From an uncultured Acidobacteriota bacterium (GTDB lineage Bacteria > Acidobacteriota > UBA6911), in NCBI GenBank assembly GCA_963809485.1, contig CAWEJX010000004.1:288001-352000 (forward strand): 64,000 bases of DNA. Reading direction: 5' to 3'. This document shows positions 1 to 11,039 of this stretch, piece after piece. Both the position numbers and the translations under genes were made by a program. How positions within the stretch are numbered: position 1 is the first letter of the stretch; every line of letters starts with the position of its first letter. The notes beneath the pieces were generated by a model, which searched no databases, was not told where the DNA came from, and saw nothing but the letters and a program-made list of their open reading frames with translations.

Positions 1-339
1 CTGCGACATCGAAACTTGGATGCAAGGGTGATCCAGGTTCCTGCAACCGGTTTGATTTCCAAAATGCCGCATCTGTACACCTGCATTGATAGCGGTAGTA
101 CGGGATCAAAAACGAAGAGATCCTTTATGCTGATGCTTCCAAGCCAAGTTTAGCATTGTTTGCCCTTCGCCGGGAAAGCGTTTGACTGGATTTCAACAAC
201 CAACAGATGACTTATACGGCCTCTTCTGGCCTTCTCTCTCGGCGACATGATCATGGTGGGGCTAGCCCATGTTTGCGGGTCGTGTCGCTAAATTGTTGAA
301 AAGAAAAGACCGGGATTGGGGATGTGTCACTATGCGGCC

Positions 340-740
340 CTTTTCCGGTGGGGCGGATGTGGTGGGGCGGATGTGGACATCCACTTTTCGACCCGTTTTT
401 CAACGGACATGGAACGGCTGTGGACGAATGGATCGGGCGGGGAGACGGATGTGGACACCCATTTCCCCTCCCATTTTCCCCCCACCTTCCCGCGATCTGA
501 TGTGATGGGGATTTGGAGGGGGATTTGGAAGGAATTTGAGGAATTTGGACACCCACTTTTTATGGTCACACACAATCCGCGATAGGTGGAGAAAAATTCG
601 GGAAACTCGGGGAAACTCACTTTTGGGGGGAATGCGGGGGCATCCGGGGTTCTGGAGGGGATTCCCGGAGGGGGTTCCGGGGACGGGGCTCCGGAGGGCA
701 CTTTTTATGGTTACCCATAATCCACGATAGGTGGAGACTG
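340..740 (-). repeat. Degenerate GGGTGTCC/GGATGTCC-anchored short tandem 'stutter' array with a 39-bp direct repeat (554-592 / 699-737)
   Basis: GGACATCC at 375, GGACACCC at 453 and 547, each preceded by reiterated 7-12-mers (GGCGGATGTGG, GGAATTT/GGATTTGG). The 39-bp repeat cactttttatggt...gataggtggaga has 4 mismatches between copies. Confidence 0.75.
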
Positions 741-1026
741 CGAAGCAAAAATGGCCCAAGGAGCGCGATACCGCCAATGGCCTATGGCAGCTATATCAGC
801 CGGGCCGGCGACGGCCATCTCAGGCACTCAAAGCGCCATCGATTTCACCGGTTACAGGCCATCGGCCGCCGCGGCAATAACCGAGTTACTTTTCAATTTC
901 CCAAAACAGTCTAACGAGTTTGAACTGCAGCAAGGGGTAGACGGGGCGATGGATACCCTCCAATAAACTCAGAATTGACAACCCAGGACACCCGTCCATC
1001 GCCCTTCTTCAATCGCCATTCGGCAA

Positions 1027-2129
1027 TTACTTGATATTCTGAATCTCCTCCGACAATCCCTGCTCGTAGGTGCTCCAGCCAGAGTTCATCCCATACGGGC
1101 TTCGATGAAGAACCGCCTCGATGCGCCGTATATTGCCCTTCTCAATCTTGAACAATTCCGCCTGTTGCCAGGTCCATGGCTCTGTGGGCCCTGAAACCAC
1201 ATCGCGGCCGTCGGGCGTCTTCCAATATCGGGTTTTGCCCGCGCCATGATCGAAGAAGTTGAAGGTAAAAACGACACCACGTTCGCGGTCCACTGCCACA
1301 AAACGACGGTCCCGGATTCGTGAAACAAAATGCATCAGGCCGGACTGAAACTGTTCTTTGCAGCCCCATGCGTTCGAATACACCGCGTCTCTTTGGTGGA
1401 TCCGGTCTTTTCTGCCCCGGCTTTAATGGAACATTGGTGGCGCGGTTGCCGTTCTCATAGCGATCGCAGTCATCGGTAAAAGGATAAACGCCTTTCCCGT
1501 CATTCCGCTGCAATCCTGAAAAATACATGTTGGCGATCCTGATCATCTCATCGCGAGAGGGCCGTTCTTCAGGGGGAATCACTTCCATGTAATACGGGAT
1601 GCGGCGCGCCCATTTTTTCGATATTTTCGCCAGCCGATGTTGCCGGCCGACTGTTTGGATCGATTAGATTGCTCTCCGGCCGTATTACGAGTTGCTCCGC
1701 CTCGGTGATCAGCCCGTTTCTTATCTTCAGGCGAAGCGCGATGAGCCACGGGATTACCCACTCCCGGGCTTGCGCGTCTCTTCCCTGGCTGTCCCGATAT
1801 ACGCAACCTGCTGAGTCTCGATGTCGGGAACATAGAATTTATATGTTCCCTTCGCCAACCATGCTGGCCCAAAGCCCCTCATTGCCCAAAGGCAGCTGCA
1901 CTCCGTTCTCAGTGAATTTGCAGTTTTCGGCAAAGAGGGTCTTGTTCGGATCATGGGCCAGCATCGCGTCCATGTATTTGTCGACGTAACCCTCCAGGCA
2001 TGCGCGGTCGCAGGTGCTTTGAGTCGCGGCGCTCTCGGGAACGTTTTTTTCGGGGGCAGTGCTTTGACAGGCCATGGCAACAGACAGCAAAAGCGCAATC
2101 ACAGTGATGGCAAATAGTTTCACCCTCAT
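1027..2129 (-). pseudogene. Exported (lipo)protein of an uncharacterised NTF2/SnoaL-like family, split by about 4 frameshifts; paralog of 20151..21032
   Basis: ORF pieces 1839-2129, 1754-2098, 1142-1588 and 1027-1383 join into one protein: signal peptide/lipobox (VAMAC), CDRACLEG..KFTENG, DCDRYENG, RRFVAVDRERGVV. The same motifs occur in the 20151 ORF. May be an intact gene with assembly indels. Confidence 0.7.
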
Positions 2130-2584
2130 GAAATTCTCCTTTTTCTGTTACGAAGATTTTAGATTCAAGACATATTAGCTTCTGTACGCCGGCTGCCATA
2201 CTCAGCGCGTTCGGATCGATCCTTCTCGAAGGCTCAAAGCATCCAACATTCACAGCCACTCGAAATGCGACAAAGTTTCGGACTTTGAGGCTGGAATCCT
2301 GGGGAAAGGCAGCCTATTTTCCTGAATGCCTGCCGCCGCCTAGAAAGTGGCTCGATTTTTCCCACACCCCCGGATAGCCGTGCCGGTATCCGATCCATTC
2401 TATTGTCCAGCCTGAATTTCTCGCTGAATTTTTGATGATGAGGCGCATTCCGGCATCTACCGTCATGTTGCAGACCTCAGCCACGGGTCGCAGGCCGCTT
2501 GCGGCTTGGGACCGGCAACCCAAGATGGATAATCCCCCTGCCCGTCCGTAACAGCTCTCCGCAAAATCCCGCGAGTAATCCGGG

Positions 2585-3202
2585 CTAGGACTTTATGCCG
2601 GCCAAAAGCTCTTTCCCGAATGCCAGACAATCGGTGCGTTTTAGAAGGTCGTAATCTTCAAGCTGCTTATTCGCAAACTTGGGATAATTTTCTTCCATCA
2701 TTTTGCGCGTCTGAGGATCGAGCAGGGATTTTGTTATCCTGCCGTTAAACACCCTCGCCGGGATATTGGCGGCCTCGCACAGTTTGGCCAGGTGATTATC
2801 AATATACATGGTCTTTTGCTCCGGCCCGACCGGCCGTTCACCGTTTCCGCAAACGGCGAAAAACCCTCTAACCTTGCTCTTCAGAGATTCCTTATTCTTT
2901 GCGATGTAGTCCTGCAACTCTTTGGGAGTTACGGCAGACCGGATAGAGCCGCCGACGACAACGTGATCAAACGCCTTCAGATCAGGGCTTTCGCGCACAT
3001 CAAAGACATTTGCAATGCCGCCCATCCCTTCCGAGATCCATACTGCGGCGTCGCGGGAGCTTCCGCACCAGGTCCCGTAAATCACAGCACATTTTTTGTC
3101 CGAAGGCATGGGATAGTACTCCAGTGCCCACGAATCGCCGGCCGAAGCCATCGTGCCGACTCCGGCTGCCAATCCCAATTTAAAAAAATCTCTTCTTTCC
3201 AT
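2585..3202 (-). CDS. Tat-exported flavodoxin-domain protein (HemG/Flavodoxin_5-like)
   Basis: N-terminal ERRDFFK twin-arginine motif; VIYGTWCGSS and VVVGGSI flavodoxin motifs; GGAG RBS upstream. Confidence 0.8.
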   Translation of the reverse strand: MERRDFFKLGLAAGVGTMASAGDSWALEYYPMPSDKKCAVIYGTWCGSSRDAAVWISEGMGGIANVFDVRESPDLKAFDHVVVGGSIRSAVTPKELQDYIAKNKESLKSKVRGFFAVCGNGERPVGPEQKTMYIDNHLAKLCEAANIPARVFNGRITKSLLDPQTRKMMEENYPKFANKQLEDYDLLKRTDCLAFGKELLAGIKS

Positions 3203-3438
3203 AATCTATCTCCTCCGTCTGAGATCCAGTTCAATACAAGATCGGTTTTTTAAACGCTCAAACGCCACAAAACTCATCCTAGATGCCCCAGTCTCCTGAA
3301 GTGCGGGCATCCAGAAGAAATAAGACCCATGAATCTGACAACCAGTAGACACCTTCCGCCGCAGCGGACTTGGTGAGTTTAACATTGATTTGCCGCCACC
3401 GGGCAAGCGTTTTCCTTTTGACTTCACCTCTAGGGGCA

Positions 3439-3565
3439 AACCTGGGAGAAGAAAACCTGGAGAACCTGAGAACCTGGATATCCAATAAAGAAAAGGAGAA
3501 CACATGAGAAATCCGAAAAACCCGAATAACCCCTGGGAATAAAGCGGATAACGCGGACACCCATC
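3439..3565 (-). repeat. Second GGGTGTCC/GGATATCC-anchored stutter array, downstream of the RAYT
   Basis: Minus strand reads GGGTGTCC-gcgttatc-cgctttattc-...-gggtttttc-ggatttctc and GGATATCC-aggttctc-aggttctcc-aggttttc. Confidence 0.65.
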
Positions 3566-3793
3566 ATTCAATTATTCACCTATCACTTGACCAAGCCTGC
3601 AAATCCTCCATTCAGAATTCTTTCTGATGCAGGTAGAAGCCTCTCTGAAAACAAGGGCGATCAAGCGTTGCGGAACAGAGTATGGCCGCCGAACATAACA
3701 ATTCAAGTGGCATCATTGAGAGAACGGGACAAAAGCGCGAAAAAAATCAATTATTGCGGAGGTGATTGATTAACTACATGGAGCGGTATCGGG

Positions 3794-4931
3794 TCAGGCT
3801 AATTCCAGCGACTGCGAAGCGAAGGTAGTTCGAGCCGCCGCAATTCCTTTAAGCCACCGCCTGCCCACCTGATCTGCAAAATGGCGCAGATTGGATACAA
3901 GCCCCGCAGCAAGATGGAATTTGCTTTCGAAGTGTGAGATGGTTTCTACCCACATCGCCGGATTGGCCTTGATCCGTATCAGGATCGGCTCAAGATTGGC
4001 ATTGATGGCGCCTCGTTTGTCCAACCGAATCATGCGTCCGGATTGGTCCACTAGATTGATATATTCCGCGGCTGTCATTTGCAGGATTCCACGTCGTTGG
4101 GAGTCCGATGAAATGGGACACAGCCAGCAGGCTGAAAGAGCTTCAGCATCAAGAGAACTGCTCCCCGTAGACACGCCTTTTGCTGTTTTACTCGAATTTT
4201 CCGGAATGGGCATGTCCATGCAGGTGGTGACGGAGTGGTTTTCTTGCCCAGCCTATATCGAAATTGGGCCCGCCGCCATCCCTTCCTGCTGCCACGCGCG
4301 TATCCGTTCCTGGATGCTGGTGAAGTCGCTTTCCTCCGGAGTTGACGCTCGACCGGCTCGGACCGGGTTTAGATCCACATATACCATACAGGCGGCGATC
4401 GCCGCCTCATCGAGCAGGGCCTGGCATTTGAAGCGCGATTCCCAGAAACGGCCCTTCACCCCATCTTCTTTGTTGGCTGCGCGGGCAATGAATTCGTTGA
4501 GCCGGCCCATGAACCAGCTCAGACTGCACAACCGTTGGCGCAGCTGGGCAATACGTTCCGGACATTGCGTCAAAGCGCGGATTTCCTCTTCGGCAGGCAG
4601 CGCTGCCGCACCCCCCAATGCCCGATGCCCGGGGAAGAGCATCAGCCAGCGCCTCGCCACTTCCAGGTCCGACCAACTGGCAACCAGGCCAGGGATTAGG
4701 CGCAAAATGACATGGTAATGGTTGTCCATGACGGCGTATGCACAGACCTCGATGGCAAAGACGGCCGCGAGATATTGCAGCCTCTCGACCAGCCATGCTT
4801 TTCGGTGCGAGTAGTCCTGGTTTGTGTGGTGGATCGATTCCGTACAGGAACGCCCGGCGGACACACCGGCTAAAGCAGTGATACACCCCTTCCTCTCCAT
4901 CCTTGACATATTTGCTGCGCGGTAACCCCAT
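3794..4931 (-). pseudogene. REP-associated tyrosine (Y1 HUH, IS200-like) transposase, RAYT; one frameshift (~4830) and one in-frame TAG (4253-4255)
   Basis: YHCFSRCVRRAFLYG, CAYAVMDNHYHVIL (HUH), GRFWESRFKCQALLDE and YVDLNPVRAG motifs. The 3794-4219 ORF is in frame past the TAG. Confidence 0.85.
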
Positions 4932-4994
4932 AGCTCATCCCTTTCCATATTTCTAATGGTGAACTCATGGAAAGTGCCAATAAAATTGTCTCAA

Positions 4995-5400
4995 AAAAAT
5001 GGGTGTCCACGCTTGTCCTCCCACGCTTTCCCTTGTCCTGGTGTCCTGGGGCTTGGTGGGTGTCCACGCTTGTCTCCGCGCTTGTCCTTGTCCGTGGGTG
5101 TCCACGCTTGCCCCACGCTTGCCACGCGCTTCCCTTGTCCGCACGATTGGTGGGACTTGGTGAGTGTCCACGTTTGGGTGAGTGTTTGTGGTGGTGGTGT
5201 GGGGCTTGGTGGGTGTCCGCGCTTGTCCCCCGCGCTTGTCCCCGCGCTTGTCCTTGTCCTCCACGTTTGTCCCGCGCTTGTCACGCTTGCCACATGTGCA
5301 CGCTTGCCACGCTTTGTTTCCCTCCACGATTGTTTCTCCCTCAAACAATGGGTGTCCATACCTGCCCATACCTGCCCATACCTGCTACATACTTGCCCTC
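4995..5400 (+). repeat. Large GGGTGTCC-anchored stutter array upstream of the RAYT
   Basis: GGGTGTCC at 5001, 5058, 5096, 5211 and 5350 (GAGTGTCC at 5162), each followed by reiterated C(A/G)CGCTTG(T)CC units; CATACCTGCC x3-4 follows 5350. Confidence 0.8.
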
Positions 5401-5881
5401 TGATTCTCTGCCGCGGATGAGTTAGACGTGCTATGAGCCGCCAATGCTGATATCATATGAGGCGATTTCCTGCTCACGAATTCGAATTACGGTTGATTGA
5501 GGCAAACCATGATCTGCCTGACCAGAACTTCTCGTAGAATTTCCGGTGCTTCGGCCAATCTAAGCATTTCCGTTCAAGTTGCCGGTCACGAGTTGCAGGT
5601 CCCGGATGTCCATGTGCGACACGCGACCTGCGACCTTGAGCTGACACCAACCATGCCCGTCTGCGCCGTCTCGCTATGAGGAACTGTGAGAAACCTGTTC
5701 CAGGCATCTGCGCGTGTCCGTCTGAAAACATCCGTCTGAAAACAGGGCTAGAAGGGTGCCGCACGGACTGAAAATGAAAGGATTCGCGAGTATCAGATGT
5801 CAAACCACAGATAACCCGATTGATTAAATGCAAGGCCAAGTGAGTCCTTGCCGCTTTTCCAGATATACCAAGGAGAAACCG

Positions 5882-7591
5882 ATGAGAGAAAAAGCTGGTG
5901 ATAACAAGACAGTTCCCAGGAGAGCTTTTCTGAGAGATGCCGGCCTGGCTATTGGCGCTCCGGTTGTCGCTTCAAAAGCGTTCGCGGCTCCCAATGCAAT
6001 ATCTAAAGCAGAACCAATGCCATTAGGAGGCATTGAACTGGAGCTATTGAATCCAAAAGGTGTCATCGACCCTCCCCCGATGTTAGGAATATCACCCCGC
6101 GTCGCTTCCCTGGAAGGCAAAAAAATCGCCATGATTCACAATAACAAACCTGGCGCCAAAACTTTCCTTGAAGCGGTCGAGGAGTTGCTGAAGGTCAAAT
6201 ATCCCGGAATTACATTTGTTCATTTCGACACAACTATCAACCTGGCAGATAAGCCGGAAAAATACGCGGCGATGGCAAATTCGTGCGACGCCTTTATTCT
6301 CGGTTCGGGAGACTGAGGGACCTGCACGTGGTGGGGTGCCTACCACGCGATACAGATCGAAAAGAATGGCAAACCGGGAATCTACTTTGTAAGCTCGAAT
6401 TTTCTTAAAGACGGCAAGTCCGCATCTGCTGATTGGGGCATGCCGGGACTGCGTATGCTCTCTATCCCTTCCCAGGAATGGTATACCTACAGGAGGACAC
6501 TCGAGGAGATCCGTCCAACAGCAGCCAAACTGCTTGATACCATCATTGATGGATTAACGCGGCCCGCCACCCAGGAGGAGATAAAACCAAGGCAACTGAA
6601 GAGGGAAGAGCATTCGAATATAAAGGTGAGCGCGGATAGCTATGAATCTGCACTGGAGAAATTCAACCAGGTCTTCCTCGATAATCACCTGGGGGACGGA
6701 TTGCCTCTCGTTCCCCCCACCGCGGAGCGGGTGAAATGGATCCTTTCCGGAACAAGTCGGCGTCCCGAGGAAATGCTGGGCAAGTGCCCGATGAAGTTCG
6801 GGAATGTGACGGTTGAAAAACTCGCCATCAACGCCGTAATGGCAGGAGCCAAACCGGAGTACTTCCCCGCCATCATCACCGCAATGGAATGTTTTGTGGG
6901 AGAAAGCGGCCCCGGCCAGAAGGGAGAGTACTTTTTCCACACTCTTGGCTCATCCGGGGCTTTCAACCTGGTGATTTTTATGAATGGGCCGATGGCCAAG
7001 GAGATCAACATGAACTCCGGAATGGGCTTGTTCGGCCATGGATGGCGGGCAAACAACACGATCGGCCGCGCGGTCCGATTAAGCACTATCACCATCGGCC
7101 AGACGTGGCCGAGGGAAAACGACATGGCACTCACCGGCAGGGTCTCGGCCCATACATGGTTTACTTTTGCCGAAAACGAGGAGGCCAGTCTCTGGGAGCC
7201 GTTCCATGTGAGCCTGGGCTTTAATAAAGACGACAGCGTCATGACGGTTGCGAAAGTGAATAACATCTTTTCCACGTTCGGAGGAGGAGCCGTGGCATTC
7301 TGGACCGCTCAGTCGATCCTGGATCAAATGGCGGCAAGGATGACCAAAAACTTCGGCTATGTCGCGGTCTTTGATCCGGAAGTCGTCGATGAGCTGAAGA
7401 AACTCGGATTCACCAGGAAGGACGTGCAGGAGTGGTTTGGGCAAAAGGCCGGTATAAAGCCTGAGAATCTGACGGTCGTGGTCGCAGGCGGTGTTCCCGG
7501 TTATTGCCTGCTCTATACGGTTATGATGGTAAATGCAAATGTGTCTAAAAAAATCACAGGGGCGACCTTAACAAAGGCCGGCCGTGTTTGA
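5882..7591 (+). CDS. Tat-exported UGSC-family selenoprotein (569 aa; Sec at TGA 6314-6316, motif SGD-U-GTC)
   Basis: AAGGAG RBS; PRRAFLRD Tat motif. The frame stays open past the TGA (GTCTWWGAYHAIQIEKNGKPG...) into the 6440 ORF. C-terminal domain has GDGLPLVPPT, VEKLAINAVMAGAKPEY and RANNTIGRA, typical of UGSC-associated domains. Hairpin at 6327-6347. Confidence 0.85.
6327..6347 (+). promoter_or_regulatory. Bacterial SECIS-like hairpin
   Basis: CGTGGTGGG-GTG-CCTACCACG; stem starts +11 after the TGA, apical GUG loop at +20. Confidence 0.7.
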
Positions 7592-7723
7592 TCGTTGACA
7601 ATGTCGATTTCCAACATCCCCTTTGGGCCGGTCTGCGTGTGATCGGTACGGGAGACAGAAGCGCTTTTATCCCGGTCTGATTACGTCCAGAGCCGGCCCT
7701 GCGGGATCTCGGGGGCATTCCAG

Positions 7724-8197
7724 ATGATATTCAGAAGGCGTGCGATCCAGGTGGCAGTTGCTATTCTGATGGTTGTTCCTGTCTATTCCGAGGACTTGCT
7801 GAAAGTAAAAAATGCTGCCGAGGCCAGAGATGCGTCGGTTGCTTACCTGCGCAACCTGGACTCTCGCACGTTCCCGAACCAGGATGCTCAGTGGCAGGAA
7901 AAAACTACCTTCTCAGGCGGTCCCCAGGACATGGTGACGACGGCCAAGCAGTTCACGTCGGATGCTTGGATCATTGAGATTTACCAGGAGCTGGCGCCTT
8001 TGAGAAACACCGTCTATCAAGTCACGGCATTCAGCTCCGCCGAAGGATGGTACTGGAAAGGGAACATTAAAGCTGATGGAAGTGTCAGCGAGTCCAGTCC
8101 TCTCAGGAAACTGCCTGAGGAAGAAAAGCGCCGGACGGCAGAAGAGCTCTTGAAAAAAAGCAGAACTGCTGCTCCCCTCGGCGGGTATGGTCACTAA
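7724..8197 (+). CDS. Exported hypothetical protein
   Basis: 157-aa ORF with a hydrophobic N-terminal signal and plausible composition. Confidence 0.65.
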   Translation: MIFRRRAIQVAVAILMVVPVYSEDLLKVKNAAEARDASVAYLRNLDSRTFPNQDAQWQEKTTFSGGPQDMVTTAKQFTSDAWIIEIYQELAPLRNTVYQVTAFSSAEGWYWKGNIKADGSVSESSPLRKLPEEEKRRTAEELLKKSRTAAPLGGYGH

Positions 8198-8608
8198 TGG
8201 ATCAGGCCAGGCTGACTGGCATGAGTGGCCGCATGCGATCCAGATTGCATCGATATCGTTCAAGAGTCGGGATCGCTGTATAGGTCGCAGGCTGATCCAT
8301 GTATATAAATGTTAGTTTTTCATACCCTGCCAAGGGAGGTTTGAAGCCCGGTCGCATCTATGGATGGCCGACGTCCTATCGCCAGATGGACAGCTATCCA
8401 AGTCGCCTCCAATTACTCGTTGCCCCAAATTTCCGTTTTTTTGCGCCAACATGTAGTAAAATTCCAGCTGAAGATTCAAAAAGAGCTGCAAAAAGCATCC
8501 TATTGGAATCACCGGGGACGGCTCGATCGGTAAGGCCCTGTCAAAAACGGGGATTGATTCTTCCCGTCGGCGGCTCGGGGAAATACTTCCACGGGAAGGA
8601 GAGAGACG

Positions 8609-10636
8609 ATGCCTAACGGGTTCTGCGGAAAGATATTGAGAGTCAATCTGACGACCAAGGAAGTCAGCACCCTGGAAACCGCCAAGTACGAGGAGTTTGG
8701 GGGCGGTTACGGAATGGGAGAAGCCATCTTCTGGGACCTGGCGGTAGCTCCGGGCGAATGGGATATGAAGGATGCTTACGATCCCCGTAATGTCCTCTCT
8801 CTCATGGTCGGTCCTCTGGCCGCCACCGGCGTGCCGAGCGCGGGAAGAACCAGCGTTTGCGGGCTTTCTCCGGAGACGTTTCCTACCTGCGAATTCTGGC
8901 GGGGCAATTTCGGCGGCAGGTTTGGCAACACGCTGAAGCTTGCAGGTTGGGACGGAGTCGTGGTGGAAGGCAAGGCCGACAGGCCGGTTTGGATCAACAT
9001 TGTTAACGACCAGGTGAAGATCGAGGACGCCAAGGAGCTTTGGGGCCTGGATACCTATGAAACGCAGGACCGAATTACAAAAATGGTGGGCGGAAGGACC
9101 CGCTTCGGCGAAGAATGGCAGGAGATCGGGAGCTCCTATACCACTGCCCGCCCGCAGATCGTCTGCATCGGCCCGGCGGGCGAGGCCAAGTCAAGACTCG
9201 CTGCCCTGATCACCGGCAGCGGGGTCAGTGCACGGATCGGCGGCCACGCCGCAGTCTTCGGGGCCAAAAATTTGAAAGCCATCAGCGTGACCGGGACCGG
9301 CAGCGTGCAGGTATCAGATCCCAAGGGAGTCGTGGATGTAAGGCTCCGCCACCTGCAAGCCAACCAGACCGGGGCGATCGGATTCGCTTCCGGGCCCGGG
9401 GCGGCATCCTGCATGCCATGCCTGCGCGGCGACCGGCGCAGAAGCAACTACAATGGCGGCGAAACCATGTGCGCCTGTCAGGGGTGGCTCTTCGGCGGCA
9501 AGGATCCGACAGCTTCAGATAAGGCCGCCGAAGCCCTGATACGATATGGCGTCAGCAGCTGGTCGGCCCATTTCCACGCGTTTTCAACCGAAATTGCCGG
9601 GGCACCGCCGATATTCCACGGAAAGGTGCCGGTAGATTCCGGGCTTGGCTGGTATCTCCAAACCCTTTACGAGCAGGGAGTGCTGGGTCCGGGAAAGCAG
9701 ATCGACTCGGCGCCGCTGCCCATGGATCACTGGGGCGAACTGAGTTTCCGACTGGCTCTGCTGGACGCCATTGCCCGGCGCGCCGGGATTGGCGATGCCC
9801 TGGCCGAAGGCTGCTGCCGGGCCGCTCAGAAATGGGGACGGCTGGAAATCGACAAGGAAAGCGGCGCTCTGCGTCTCCCTGCCTGGGGAGCCAGCAGCCA
9901 CTGGACAATGCCCTTCATCGATTGGGCGTATTCTTATATCCTCGGAGCGGGAGATCCTACCTGGCATGGATTCATGGCTCCTACCGGTGTTCCCCGCGAT
10001 GGCACGTCGCTGGAGAAGGCTTTGGAAAACCTCTCCAAAAAGACAATTCCATATACCGATGATATCTTCATGTTCAACCATGCATGGAAGGGCGAAGAGG
10101 CCTGGAAAACCGGCATCTATTCGCCGCATAAGGCCAAGCAGGTGGCCTGGAGCCGTCATTATACGGGGTTCTGGAATGAGTCCATGGCTTTTTGTGAAAT
10201 GTTGATCCCCGAACTGGGCGGCGATAGTCCCGAGATTGAATTCATGTACTATCAGGCTGTCACCGGAAAGAAGGATTCGTTTGCCGATACCATGAGAATC
10301 GGCCAAAAGATCTGGACCCTGGAGCGCGCCATCCGTGTCATGCACGGAAGGAGCCGGCAGACAGAGGACTTTTTTCCCTACATGTATAAACCGGGAGCCT
10401 CAGGCTTCGCCGTCTATGGCGGAGTGCCCATTTATGAGAATGGCAAATGGCGTAACGACGCGGCCCCGGACATGTACCTTGACAGGAAGGGCGTGGACGA
10501 CTTCAAGACCCACTTCTATGCGCTGGAAGGCTGGGACAAGGAACACGGCTGGCCGACCCGAAAGACGCTCGATGACTTCGGCCTGAAGAAAGTCGCCGAC
10601 ACGCTGGCAGCCAGCGGAAAGCTGGGAGCCGCTTAA
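8609..10636 (+). CDS. Aldehyde:ferredoxin oxidoreductase family (W/Mo-pterin) protein, divergent
   Basis: GFCGKILRVNLT, GGRFGNTLKLAGWDGVVVEGKA, IGPAGE, VFGAKNLKAISV, DALAEG and C-terminal YALEGWDKEHGWPTRKTL motifs. Confidence 0.92.
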   Translation: MPNGFCGKILRVNLTTKEVSTLETAKYEEFGGGYGMGEAIFWDLAVAPGEWDMKDAYDPRNVLSLMVGPLAATGVPSAGRTSVCGLSPETFPTCEFWRGNFGGRFGNTLKLAGWDGVVVEGKADRPVWINIVNDQVKIEDAKELWGLDTYETQDRITKMVGGRTRFGEEWQEIGSSYTTARPQIVCIGPAGEAKSRLAALITGSGVSARIGGHAAVFGAKNLKAISVTGTGSVQVSDPKGVVDVRLRHLQANQTGAIGFASGPGAASCMPCLRGDRRRSNYNGGETMCACQGWLFGGKDPTASDKAAEALIRYGVSSWSAHFHAFSTEIAGAPPIFHGKVPVDSGLGWYLQTLYEQGVLGPGKQIDSAPLPMDHWGELSFRLALLDAIARRAGIGDALAEGCCRAAQKWGRLEIDKESGALRLPAWGASSHWTMPFIDWAYSYILGAGDPTWHGFMAPTGVPRDGTSLEKALENLSKKTIPYTDDIFMFNHAWKGEEAWKTGIYSPHKAKQVAWSRHYTGFWNESMAFCEMLIPELGGDSPEIEFMYYQAVTGKKDSFADTMRIGQKIWTLERAIRVMHGRSRQTEDFFPYMYKPGASGFAVYGGVPIYENGKWRNDAAPDMYLDRKGVDDFKTHFYALEGWDKEHGWPTRKTLDDFGLKKVADTLAASGKLGAA

Positions 10637-10849
10637 GGCGTCAAGCTGGCGCTTAAGCCGCACACGCCTGAGAATTTCGTGGTTGTCGGTTCCGGCCATT
10701 TCTTCATAGGGCCAAAACCGACGCCGACTCGATCGATGCAGCGCACAAGATTTGCCCAGTCACCGCAAAGGTGTCGCAGGCTGTGTTAGATTTTTGCCTC
10801 CGCAACGATCCTCCCGGCCTCCTCTTTGGTGAAACTGCAGACTTCCTCC

Positions 10850-10965
10850 CGCCATTGGGATTTTATGGACGACCAGTAGCTGTGGATGATTCTCCACTTC
10901 CCGCTGATGCTGTAGTACCCTTCAGTGGAATTCCAGCGCGCTACGACGCTTTCTCCTGCATCCAC
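10850..10965 (-). pseudogene. C-terminal fragment of an NTF2/SnoaL (DUF4440-like) protein
   Basis: RWNSTEGYYSISGKWRIIHSYWS resembles the conserved C-terminal strands of this family; no matching N-terminus is visible. Confidence 0.4.
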
Positions 10966-11039
10966 ACTGCGCCACTGTTTTGTCCGAATTCCCAGGGCGC
11001 GGGTGCCCCTCGAATTCAAAACCGGTCGTCCCATCGTGA

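Noticed and set aside
554-737. CRISPR array
   Set aside because: Only two imperfect repeats with a ~106-bp low-complexity spacer; no cas genes.
251-777. Overlapping ORFs at 251-777 and at 4956-5425
   Set aside because: They are translations of low-complexity repeat arrays in several frames, with no family motifs.
4253-4255. In-frame TAG in the RAYT as pyrrolysine or read-through
   Set aside because: It lies in a poorly conserved linker of a gene that also has a frameshift, and no pyl genes are seen; a nonsense mutation or error is simpler.
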